A stretch of DNA of 64,000 nucleotides. Source: Felis catus. Taxonomy: Eukaryota. The stretch is taken from the NCBI RefSeq assembly GCF_018350175.1, contig NC_058377.1, positions 61,628,001 through 61,692,000 on the forward strand, in the 5' to 3' direction. Shown here piece after piece: positions 26,165-36,812 of the stretch. The notes under the pieces were generated by a model, which searched no databases, was not told where the DNA came from, and saw only the letters and a program-made list of their open reading frames with translations. Both the position numbers and the translations under genes were made by a program. Each line of letters starts with the position of its first letter. Within the stretch, counting starts at the first letter, position 1.

Positions 26165-27619
26165 TGCTAGCCTACTGGGATGCATTCTTGTGGTGCTGGT
26201 AGGTGCTTAGTAGCATGCGCTGGAGTAGTGAAAATGGCGACACCCAGCTACCCAGTCTCTAGTATTGGAACTCTATTCTCCCCAATCAGCAATTGTGTAC
26301 CCGTCCTTCGTCTTCGGCTTCCGTCCACTCCCCGCTTCCACATTGTCTGTGACCAAGCCCCAGGAAGCACCTCCCTCCCTAGTTTTGTCTCAGATGCCAC
26401 TACTTTCCCCGGCCCCCCACTTCTGAGGCACTGCAGCCTTGACCCATTCTTCCCTTTGCAGAGGGTCTCACCGAGCAATGGCCAGGTGCCAGCCACACCC
26501 AGGAGCGCTTGCAGGACCGTGCTTCTGCTGATACCCAGATACTGCGGCCACGTGCCAGCACGCCCCAGAAAAAGTTCGGGAGACAGTGTAGCAGCAGCAT
26601 TTCACGGATTATGGAAAATCACAACACACATCTGACACCAGGCTTCACCCCCAATAACCTTGTTCCAGCACCAGCAAATGTGGCCATTCTCTGGGGTCTG
26701 CTGGGCCCAGGTGGCCTCACAGCCTCTATCAAATGTCCTTCCAGCAGTGGAACCGCTTCTCCCCATGTGGCCCGAGAACCTCTCACATGCTACTTTGCTG
26801 CTCCTGGGGATCCAGCCTTCCTACCAGAGCACCTCCAGGTATTGAGCTGCAGAGTTTCAGACTCTGCACACCCCCTGTTTACAGTCTTAATGGAATTTAA
26901 ACCCTCTCCTTTCTCCTTTCTCCCTTCTCCCTTTTTAGCTCAGTCCCTGCAGCTGTTTCCCATTTTCCACTTTCTCTCCAGCTGCTTTTGGGGAGGCATG
27001 CTTTTCCTGTATTCTCCCACACCCCACCCCCCGCAGCTGTCTCCATCCTCTCTCCTCATGCAAAAGTGGCTCCCTGCCAGCCGCTGCTTCTCTTTCCTCA
27101 AATTCGTCTCTCTGTGCCATGTACCTGCTGAATTCTGTGGTTCAGGTTATGCAGATTGCTGTGTTAATCCTCAGACCCGTTTTCTAGGTGGGCAGGATGG
27201 TTTAGTGTTGGTCTGGCTGTGAGACACACAAAAAACTTCCATGCTGTTCCACCATCTTGGCTCCTCCCAAGTGTTCCACATATTTTAAATTGTCCCCTGA
27301 AGATTACAGAATAGGCCATGACTATCTTATTCATCCCCCATGTTTTCAAGATAAAAAAACTTGCAGGGTCTTTCTAGGAAATTGAGTACCAGAATACACA
27401 CTGCTAGACTCCTGCTGTTGTCCAAGTCATTTCTATGACTTTAATGTAGGCACCAACAATCACCATTTTCATTACTTCTCTTGTTCTGTAATCCTCACAC
27501 AGTGGAGAAGAATAGCTTGGCCAGCAATAAAAAAATGTATTGTCATATTAAATCAGTAAGGTCTTCAGAAAGACCTAGAAAACTGGTGGATATTATAGAA
27601 ATTAATAGTCACATCTAGA

Positions 27620-27825
27620 GAGGTATCAGGATGGTTTAGTTGATTAGGCATCCAACTCTTGATTTGGGCTCAAGTCATGATCTCATGGTTCATGGGTTCA
27701 AGTCCCACATCAGGCTCCTCAATGACACTGAAGAGCCTGCTTGGGATTCTCTCTCTCTCTCTCTCTGCCCCTCCTGTGCTGGCTCTCACTGTCTCTCTCT
27801 GTCTCTCTCTCTCAAAAATAAATAA
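27620..27825 (+). mobile_element. Older CAN-SINE
   Basis: Degenerate head, (CT)n, AATAAA tail; flanking ACATCTAGA repeats. Confidence 0.85.
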
Positions 27826-28499
27826 GTTTTAAAAACAGTTACATCTAGAATTATGATTTATTCATGTAAATTTTATTACCATGATCATGTTTATATGCTT
27901 GACAGAAATGCTATTAATAATGAAATTTTGAATTCACATACTGGCATTAATTTCCAGTTCCACCCTCCTTTACAGGAAGAGGATATAAGAAGAAATAAAT
28001 TAGTTCCTTTGTTCCTGTTTCATCCCCAACAGAGAGAGCACTACTTTGCCGAGAGTGGAACCTAGGCCCAGATAACTGGTTATTGTGTCTCCAGAGCATG
28101 GGAGAGACAGATACCATAGACAAGACTAGAACTGGGGGATTCTCAGATGACTGTTCAAACTTCTTCACAATCAGTGGGAACCCAAACTCCCAAGGGCAAA
28201 AAGGGCTTTCAGGGCACCCCTAGATAACATGCCTTGCCTGCTAGCCCTACTACTGCCACAGAGATGAGGCTCTTAGCTGCAATACCTTGTGCAGAGAGTA
28301 ATGCTGGCCATATCTTAGGATGGTAAGCTTGTGGAGGGGCAAAAGTTAACTCACCCAGTGCAACTCTAACCTTAGCCAGCTGAAGGAAGGGTGAGAATAT
28401 AGCCACAGTATCTCAGGGAAGGGAGTTACTCAAAGCAATTTACCAGGATGTTATTGCTAGGATGTGTTATTTCTGGGGGAAAAAAGATGGTGGGTAGAC

Positions 28500-28710
28500 T
28501 TCCCTCTAGGGCTTATGTGAAGCCATGGGTGACTAACATGGCCTTTGCTTACCCTATCCAAGATTCTTCTGCTCTGATGATGCAATGCTGGGATACTGCT
28601 CTTGCTGTGGCCTTTGATAATGTTTTTTTGCATTATGTGAGAATAGATCACTTTTTATTTACGGGAACCAAATTTCAGTGCTTCTCACCCATTGTTATAT
28701 TGTGACATTA
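28500..28710 (+). pseudogene. Possible heavily decayed 5' half (TM2-TM3) of an olfactory receptor
   Basis: Weak OR-like words (VTNMAF, AVAFD, IDHFLFTG). Same strand as, and upstream of, the 31.9-kb OR relic. Confidence 0.3.
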
Positions 28711-29499
28711 CAGAAAATGTCAAATTTTAATTGCTTAAATTCCTACAATTCCTAGATCCTTGAATTTCTGAATGCTTCAAAGATGATAAAGGCTCATTAC
28801 CTGAGATGCTAGTGTCTCAGTTTCTATAGACTTACAAATCAGGTATGAGCCAGGCCATGTCTTTCAGAATAGAAAGAGCAACTATTTGGAAGGTGCTATT
28901 GTCCTCGAATGGGACAAAATGCCCAGGAAAAGCACTGGTACCATAGAAGTGGTTCATTCATTTAATCCTTCATAGACTTTATAATTTTTGTCTTTCTTTT
29001 TAGCTTTTTTGGGGGAGTGGGAGTTTGTTTTATTTCATTTTGTTTTTGAAAATACACTGTATACAGGCACTGAGGTCCAGGTTCTATGGTTAAAAAAAAA
29101 CCACAAAGACCATAATCACAGAGTTTGTAGGTTAGTGAGTAATAGAGTTTGGCGTGATACCTACTGTACCACTTTTAATGCATCTCTATGGAAATATAAA
29201 CGAAGGTCACAGTTAAAGACTTTCAGAAGGAGAAAAGGTCAGAAAAAAATATATTGTAGGAAGTAACACCCAACACTGGAAATACCTTATATATCAGTAA
29301 AAATAGTGGCAGTGACGATCCAGGAAGGGATGGTAGCATGTGTAAATGTCTAAGAATAAAAGAATATGTATGGTATATGTGCTATCTCTCCATCGTTAAT
29401 CTTATCCTGATTTTTCTCATTTTATCTATCATGATTGATTCATTTTCCTCTTTTTAAAATGTATATGTATTGAGCTCTATCATTTTCTTAATATCTGAC

Positions 29500-29850
29500 T
29501 TATTTATGCAACATAATATTTGTGAATTGGATTCATATTGCTGACATAACTATAGTTGACTCTTTTCCACTGCTGGATGGTATTCCATTTTATGTATATA
29601 CCACAAATGCATTTATTGATACTACTCTGGATGGACATTTGAGTCCTTTCTAGCTTTTGACTGCAATAAATAATCTTGCTATGAAGATTATTGTAGATAT
29701 TTTGTACACACACAAGAATTTCTGGAAACTACTGGGTCATAGGGTATGTATATGTTCATCTTTAGCATATGCTGCTGAACAGTTATCTTTCCACTGAAGA
29801 AGCTGAGTTCCAGCAAGTTTAAATTGTTCATGGCTACATCCAGGAACAAT
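29500..29850 (-). mobile_element. Old L1M fragment
   Basis: GTATTCCATT...GATGGACATTTGAG antisense ORF2 3' signature. Confidence 0.65.
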
Positions 29851-30125
29851 AATAACAAGTACACATATTTTTGCCCATATTTGACTAGAAATTGTATGAG
29901 AAGAACAATTGTGGGAAGTAACGTGGTCCCAAATAGGCACAAAATGAGAGAAATACAAGGGTCTCTCCTCTCAAGGTCATCTCCCAGAAATATCTGATTA
30001 AACTTTGAAGAAGGCTATAAGTCATCTTGGTAAGGTAGAAAATCTCTTCCCTGCAGACAGTAGATCATTCTTTTTCCATAGCTGGGTCTAATGTGTAAAG
30101 TGATAGCAAGGAAGAAATGCTTATT

Positions 30126-30312
30126 TTTAATACTTATTTATTTATCTTAGAGAGAGAGAGGCCAGAGAGAGGGAGAGAATCCCAAGTAGGCTCTGTGCTG
30201 TCAGTGCAGAGCCGGATGCGGGGCTCGATCTTGTGAACCATGAGATCATGACCTGAGCCGATATCAAAACTCAGAGAGAGGCTTAACTGAGTGAGCCACC
30301 CAGGTGCCCCGA
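30126..30312 (-). mobile_element. CAN-SINE
   Basis: TSD GAAATGCTTATT at 30114-30125 and 30313-30324. Confidence 0.92.
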
Positions 30313-31000
30313 GAAATGCTTATTCTAAATTTTCTATTATTTTAGTTTACTTATGGTAAATAAACAATTAAATTAATGTCCAGGTTTCCTTCAGAATTGT
30401 TCTGCTTTTTCCCTTTCATAATTTTTTTTACCTTTTAGATATTTTTTGTTACTTTTATTTCCTCTCTCCTCTTCATGGCTAGCCTTAGTTTAGGTGAAAA
30501 AGCTGATATTACGGTGAAGTTTAAGGCTTAGCCCTACCACCTATCTGAGCAGGCAGGCAGACAGGGAGCCGAGAAGCGAGGGGACCAGTCTCCTACTTCC
30601 CTCATGTGCTCTCCACTTCATGAAGAAACTCCCCAGCTCAGGGCTTATCATAGACTGAGAAAGTCAACTTTCTTATGCATTCCACTCCCTTACCAACAAA
30701 GCAAAGCTACCTTCATCTCCTTTTTCCCCTTTTAATAATTCCTCCATGAACTTCTTTGTGGTATTTCTTAGTCTTTTTGATGTCCTCTGATTTCCTTTCA
30801 GAGATAGGACTTGAATTAGTTTAAGGACTACAAATTAATGTTAACAATTCAGGTTGGCCAAGGAGACCAAGGGGTGCATCAAAACTCTGTGTAGAAATAT
30901 TTATTGTCCCATGCATCTGAGAAGAGAAGGGTAGAGGTAATTTAATATATTGAAAGAACAGGAATCATCTTGGACTAAATTGTTTATACTGTCTACGTTA

Positions 31001-31865
31001 TTTTTTTTTATTCCTATGTATAATTAATGTACTGTGTTATATTAGTTTCAGGTGTACAATATAGTGATTCAACAATTCTATACATTACACAATGCTTTTC
31101 ATGATAAGTGTACTCTTAATACCCATCACCTATTTCCCCATACCCCCCACTTACCTCCCTTCTGGTAACCACCAGTTTCTTCTCTATAGTTAAGAGTCTG
31201 CTTTTTTTATTGTTTGTTTATTTTTTCTTTGTTTGTTTGTATCTTAAATTTCACCTATGAGTGAAATCATAAGGTATTTTCCTTTCTCTGACTAATTTCA
31301 CTTAGAATTATACCCTCTAGATCCATCCATGTTGTTGCAAATGGCAAGATTTCATTCTTTTTATGGCTGAGTAATATTCCATCATATATACATACCACAT
31401 CTTCTATATCTGTTAATGTATCGATGGATACTTGGGTTGCTTCAATAGTTTGGCTATTGTAAATAATGCTGCAATAAACATAGGAGTGCATATATCTTTT
31501 TGAATTAGTGTTTTCAAATTCATTGGGTAACACTCAGTAGTGAATTTATTGGATGATAAGGTATATCTAATTCTTTGAGGAACCTCCATACTGTTTTCTA
31601 TGGTGACTATGCCAGTTTGCATTCCCACCAATAGTGCATGAAGGTTCCTATGTATCCACATCCTCGTCAACACGTTGTTTCTTGTGCTTTTGATTTAAGC
31701 CATTCTGACAGGTGTGAGGTGATATATCATTGTGGTTTTAATTTACATTTACTGATAATTAGTGATGTGGATCATCTTTTCATGTGTCTGTTGGCAATCT
31801 GTATGTCTTCCTTGCAGAAATGTCTGTTCATGTCTTCTGTCCATTTTTAATAAGATGGTTTGTGG
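31001..31865 (-). mobile_element. 5'-truncated L1 (ORF2 end plus 3'UTR)
   Basis: ORF pieces CTPMFIAALFTIAK and KKNEILPFATTWMDLE; T-run at 31001. Confidence 0.92.
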
Positions 31866-31883
31866 GGGGGGTTGGTTTTGAGC

Positions 31884-32420
31884 TATCCCTCAGTGCTCAT
31901 AAGCTCCCAGGTAGTGAAGATTAGAGTGCTTGGTGGATTCAGAGTGCATCCTTCCCCATCCCTCATGGCCTTCACCTCCTTGGTTTCTCTTACTGTCTTA
32001 CTGTGATAACAATATCCTTTCTTACTCCTACTGTCTACACTAGGATATGATCCAACTCTCCTCCTCTGGCTCATAGATCAACAGCTTCTGTGCTTGATCG
32101 GTCATCTTGCTTGCCATGGGCCCATATTTCTTTTTAATAGTGCTTTCTTCCATTCTGATTCTCATATCTGAAGTGCCCATTGCCTCCTGAAGGGAGTAAC
32201 TCAAAGCTTTCACAGCCGTGTGTATGTCACATTCTGATATACTTTATGTTACTTTCTGTCCCTCTGCTATGCCCTTCCATTGAAGGCCATTCCTCCTTCC
32301 TCATCCATTTCATCATGGGCAAAGTGTACATCTTCTTTCTATTGTGGATGAACCCAGTCATTCATAGCATCAAGACCGACTGGATCCACTGAGCCATTAT
32401 CAAGGTATTCTCTCTGAAAT
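31884..32420 (+). pseudogene. OR51-family pseudogene, 3' half (TM4-TM7)
   Basis: YCDNNILSYSYCLH*DMIQL (TAG 32041-32043), CVCHIL, HFIMGKVYIFFLLWMNPVIHSIKT; stops and frameshifts; 5' part cut off by L1. Confidence 0.85.
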
Positions 32421-33689
32421 GGATGGAAATCCTGTGTGTTCCCAGTAACAAAGTGATTAGTTGTGACAAAATTTCAGGCCTTGTTCAGCTCTAACACCAG
32501 GCCCTCACCTAAATCTGAGAATCCCCTTTCTCATTTAGTTGTAAGAATTTAGTAAATGCATTCATTTTAATACTTTTCCCGGAGACAATCAGAAAATAAA
32601 AATCAGTCCTAGAAGAAAAAATAAGTAACTTTATAAAGAAAGTTGCAGAAGCAAGAGTAATTTTGGAACATCTCTGGCCCTTTCCTGTTTTATGAATGTG
32701 AATAATTGAGATTGTTCCGTACTGCTTGATACCTATTGAAGTGAGAGACTCCTTCCCATGAGAAGCACAAGTGCTAAGCGGCTTTCAAACAAGAATAGTA
32801 ATCTCTATACATGAAATACACACCCTATGTACTCTGTTTCTCTCTTTCATCCTACTCTGCCTCCAACTAATGCTTGTACTGGAGTAGAACAGCAGCCAGA
32901 TGGTACCTAGTCGTGTCAAAATGGGGCATTTGTCATTTGGAGACACTATACCTTTGGCCAAATAAGTGTCAATAAAGCCATCTTTGGCTTAAATAATTTT
33001 GCACAATTCTGCTTAAAAAGAGTGCTCTGCTAATATAATCCTCACCAAATTGCACACCCTGGGCCACTTAATATTATTAGTGTTTCCCATCCACTGTCAG
33101 GCCCTTCTTTTGACCTCCTAGACTCTTCACCTTCCTCCCTGTCACACCTTGCCACTCCACTCTGATGCTTATGCAGGCATGTGTAGTCCTCTTTCTTGTA
33201 GATACTTGCATGACTCTTTGTTCCACTTTGCTTGTATCAAAGATCTATCTAGATCTACAGGAGCTCTGCTCTTCCATGCTCTCTCTGTATGCAAATTCAT
33301 TAATACTCAGGTCAATAACAAATGTGAAGTTTCCTTCAGCAGACGAACAAAGTTGTCAGCAAGGCACACTTTTAACTCCCTTCTGATCCTGAAACTTTAG
33401 AGAATCATCAGTTGTGCATTTAGAAGGACAGCTTGTATTCATCTCCATTCTGTGTTTGAATGAAGCCTGCATATTAATTTAATTAATTGATTAATTTACT
33501 TGTTGGTTGCAATACTTTCAGAGTCTTCATAGCTATATTCAGAATGGGAATGTGGGAAAGGACAAGGACCACTTCAAAGTCATTTGATTTCCAGAATCTA
33601 GGATCCATATAAATGGCTATTGACCAGGAAATGAAATCAGGGCGTGTTGCTGATGGTAACACTATACTAATAACTAGAAAGGCAGAGAT

Positions 33690-33925
33690 GTGATCAGAGG
33701 CATCAGAGAGAGACGGAGGAGGGAACAGGCCTCCAATCACTTCCTGGGTATGCATGCTGAAGCATCTTGAGGAGAATGGTATTCCATTTGGTGTGAGCCC
33801 ACAAAACGATTGCAAGACATTAGTGAATATCAAGACATGAAAAGTTCCTTTTCACATTCTCCTTAGTCATATATTTCTCAAAATATTACTTGTTCTTTCC
33901 TTCCAATGCAGACTGTGAAAGTCTC
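33690..33925 (-). promoter_or_regulatory. Probable orthologue of the HBB 3' enhancer
   Basis: 0.55-0.8 kb past the polyA signal. Blocks CTTTCACAGTCTGC, CTTGATATTCACTA, CCAAATGGAA and CAGGAAG match the human 3' enhancer as I recall it. Confidence 0.5.
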
Positions 33926-34458
33926 AAGGCCAGGGGCAGTGAAACTACCTCCCCTGCTATGGGTCCTTCATATGGAGTCTCTGTTATAAGATGATAGAGG
34001 GAACCAGGATAAGAGTGATGAGGAGGGCAAATAACGGGACAGCAAAAGACGAAGGGAAATCTTAGAGGAACAGTGGAAACTTCAGGAAGAAAAACTTGGT
34101 GGATTTAGGGCTGTGAGGCTCTGGACAACTGGAGAGAGGGAAGACATTTATAAGGAAGGCTAAATAAAATAAATGACTTAAATAAAGCATAGGAAAAATC
34201 CAAACCCCAAATCAAGCCTCCACTTGAATCCTTCTCTAAGGGAAAGTAAAATAGGCAGCAGGATCTGTTTCCCACATATGTAGCTATTTACGACCTCTTC
34301 TGTCATGGAGGCTAAGATATAGATATATTTTCCCAAGGTCTGAACTAGCCCCTCATTTCTTTATGTTTTAAATGCTTTGCTCTCCCATACCATGTACCCA
34401 TTCAAGTGAGAGATGCAGAAATAATTTAAATACACCAGTGCAATGAAAATAAATATTC

Positions 34459-34464
34459 TTTATT
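34459..34464 (-). terminator. HBB polyadenylation signal AATAAA
   Basis: Followed by HBB-type TTTATTTTCATTGCA. Confidence 0.92.
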
Positions 34465-34564
34465 AGGCAGGAGCCAGATGTTCAAAGAATTTCATGATTT
34501 AGACATGTCCAGGTATTAGGGTCTGGGGACCAAGGGACTTTCCCTGGAAAGCAAGAAAGGGAGC

Positions 34565-35710
34565 TCAGTGGTATCTGTGGGCCAGGGCACTGGCCACACC
34601 AGCCACCACCTTCTGAAAGGCAGCCTGCACCTGGGGGTTGAAGTCATGGCCAAAGTGGTGGGCCAGCACACACACCAGCACGTTGCCCAGGAGCTGTGGG
34701 GAAGAGACAAGAGGTATGTACATGGTTAGCAGAGGGATCCAGCTTAGGCTCAGAGTACCCCAGCCCCATCCACAGATGCAGGTTGTGCACATAGAATATA
34801 AGCAGAAACGTACTGGATTTCAGATGCTGCTATTGATGTGACTCTAACCATATCAGCCTGATTTTACATTTAGAAATGTTTCTTTCCTTCTGACCTAAAC
34901 TGGAACTTAAATATCACGGTTATTCTTTCAAACTATGTAAAGAAGCAATCATATTTTACCCTCCTTGCTTTCAAAGGAAGAGATAAGGGAAAAAATCATT
35001 AGACTAAAAAATTTTAGATGGATTAAGAGAAGTGTTCAAATTAAACACTCAAAATTTTAATTGAAACAATCAAGGAAAGTCATTACAGAGAACAAAAAGA
35101 GGACAAGCAAAGAGGGTGAAATAAAATAGTCCTGAATAGTCCATATTGGTGCAACTAGAATACCTCTTTCCCATTTTAAACAACATCCGGATGTCCATAC
35201 CCTTTATGGACAACATGAGCTTGTCCAGAAAAGGGAAGAGAAGGAAACTACCTCATAGACTCACCCTGAAGTTCTCGGGATCCACGTGCAGCTTGTCACA
35301 GTGCAGCTCGCTGAGCTTAGCAAAGGCGCCCTTGAGGTCGTCGATGTTTTTCAGGCCATCACTGAAGGAGTTCAGCACCTTCTTGCCATGGGCCTTCACC
35401 TTACTGTTGCTCATAATGGCATCAGCAGAAGACAGGTCCCCAAAGGACTGAAAGAACCTCTGAGTCCAGGGGTAGACAACCAGCAGCCTGAGGGGTGAAA
35501 ACAGCACAGAGGGACAGAGGGAGTCAGTGCCTGTCAGAAGCCCCAGGGACTGAGCCTTCTCCACCTGCCCAGCATCCATTCACTCTCCTTAGGCCTGCCT
35601 CGCAACCTGGATACCAACCTGCCCAGGGCCTCACCGCCAACTTCATCCACGTTCACCTTGCCCCACAGGCCATTGACCAGACCCTTCTCCTCAGCACTCA
35701 GAAACGACAT
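34565..35710 (-). CDS. HBB: Adult beta-globin (felid HbB-type chain, MSFLSAEEK...[10 protein letters not shown]); exons 35710-35619, 35487-35265, 34693-34565
   Basis: 92/223/129-nt exons, GT-AG introns (131 and 571 nt), 147 codons, His63/His92, beta-type intron 2 and 3'UTR. Confidence 0.97.
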
Positions 35711-35788
35711 GGTGTCTGTTTGTGTGGTTGATAGCGAACACAGTTGTGTCAGAAGCAAGTGTAAGCTGGTAGCTATCCCTGCTCTTCC

Positions 35789-35870
35789 TTTTATGCCCAG
35801 GCCTGATCTTACCCTCCCTGCTCCTGTGAGCAGATTGGCCCAGGCCTAGGTGTGGTCCTGCAGGGGGAGG
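35789..35870 (-). promoter_or_regulatory. HBB promoter: CATAAAA 35789-35795, CCAAT 35834-35838, variant CACCC boxes 35847-35855 and 35862-35870
   Basis: Canonical beta-promoter spacing from the cap-like ACACTTGC at about 35762. Confidence 0.9.
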
Positions 35871-35917
35871 TCTGAATGATGACAGCCATACCTGTCCTCC
35901 AAATGTTTCAAAAGCAA

Positions 35918-35920
<3 letters not shown>

Positions 35921-35960
<40 letters not shown>
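35921..35960. repeat. (CA)20 directly upstream of the HBB promoter
   Basis: Read directly. Confidence 0.97.
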
Positions 35961-35961
<1 letters not shown>

Positions 35962-36721
35962 TTTGTTTGACCTGTAGGCTTTGAGTTTCATTTTACTAAA
36001 TTTAAACCTCCATTAGCTTTACCATTGCTTTACATTCAGACTGTTTCCAAGACTCTATTTCACACTCCTGATCTCAGAGTTCAGGTGTAAGTGTGCAAAG
36101 GGAGGTCTGGACATATCTTTTGTAGATATGTCATGAGAGATCCAGAGGCCTTACTAAATAACAATATGGAGTATGTTTATATTTTAAATGTAAAGTACCA
36201 AATTGTCAAAGCCATAGCTTTGCTATCTTGACTGACAGAAAGTAGCTAGCACCTACTTAGACTTCCCCTACCATTACTTGTACTCAGAAATGGTTCCCCT
36301 AAGTTCTGTTATATCTTCTTCCTTCAGTCTTCTTTGGCCATGAATGTATGGACCACTCTTTTGTGCTGACAACTGCTAGAGCCACCATCTTCCTGGCTTC
36401 CGGACAGGAACTGCTGTTCTATCTTACCATTGCTACTTAGCATGACTGAAGAGGGAAATGGACTTCTCCTTTTCTTACTCATGACTCTACAGTGACAAGG
36501 CTGAAAGTTGTAATAAGACATAAAAAGCTCAGACTTATCAGAGAAAAATAAGAATAAATGTGGCTATGTTCTGAGCCTCGGGCTCAAATCCTGATCAATA
36601 TTTGAAGATTCTAGAAAGCTTCTAGACCCAGTGCCCTCCTTTCCTTTTAAACTTATTTCTACCCTGTGAAGGGAAACCACAGGATGTCTGCTTTACCTTG
36701 ATTCCAGCTCCATTGGGCACT

Positions 36722-36812
36722 AACATACACACATACACATATGCACACATGTGCACACACGTGCACACACACACACACGCACACACACACAGAGTCCCCG
36801 AGAGAGAGAGAT
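36722..36812. repeat. Imperfect (CA)n/(GA)n
   Basis: Read directly. Confidence 0.85.

Larger units (their letters stand above)
16876..27268 (-). mobile_element. Older host LINE-1: 5'UTR 27268-25634 fused directly to mid-ORF2 (25633-25068 plus 19104-about 17130), 3' tail at about 16876; interrupted by a second L1
   Basis: 5' end GGGAGGAGCCAAGATGG. ORF2 fragments in the ORF track (25399-25584, 24772-25329, 17288-18377). Diverged 18-bp TSD at 16858-16875 and 27269-27286 (15/18 identical) at a TT/AAAA endonuclease site. Confidence 0.88.

Noticed and set aside
26180-27222. 151-aa and 237-aa ORFs antisense to the host L1 5'UTR (ORF0-like?)
   Set aside because: The longer one starts at a TTG, the sequence is GC-rich and low in complexity, and no domain is recognisable; best explained by chance.
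35488-35530. Intron-1 3' end looks more like human HBD than HBB, hinting at delta-to-beta conversion
   Set aside because: GCTGTTTTC is probably the ancestral state; direction cannot be inferred without outgroups.
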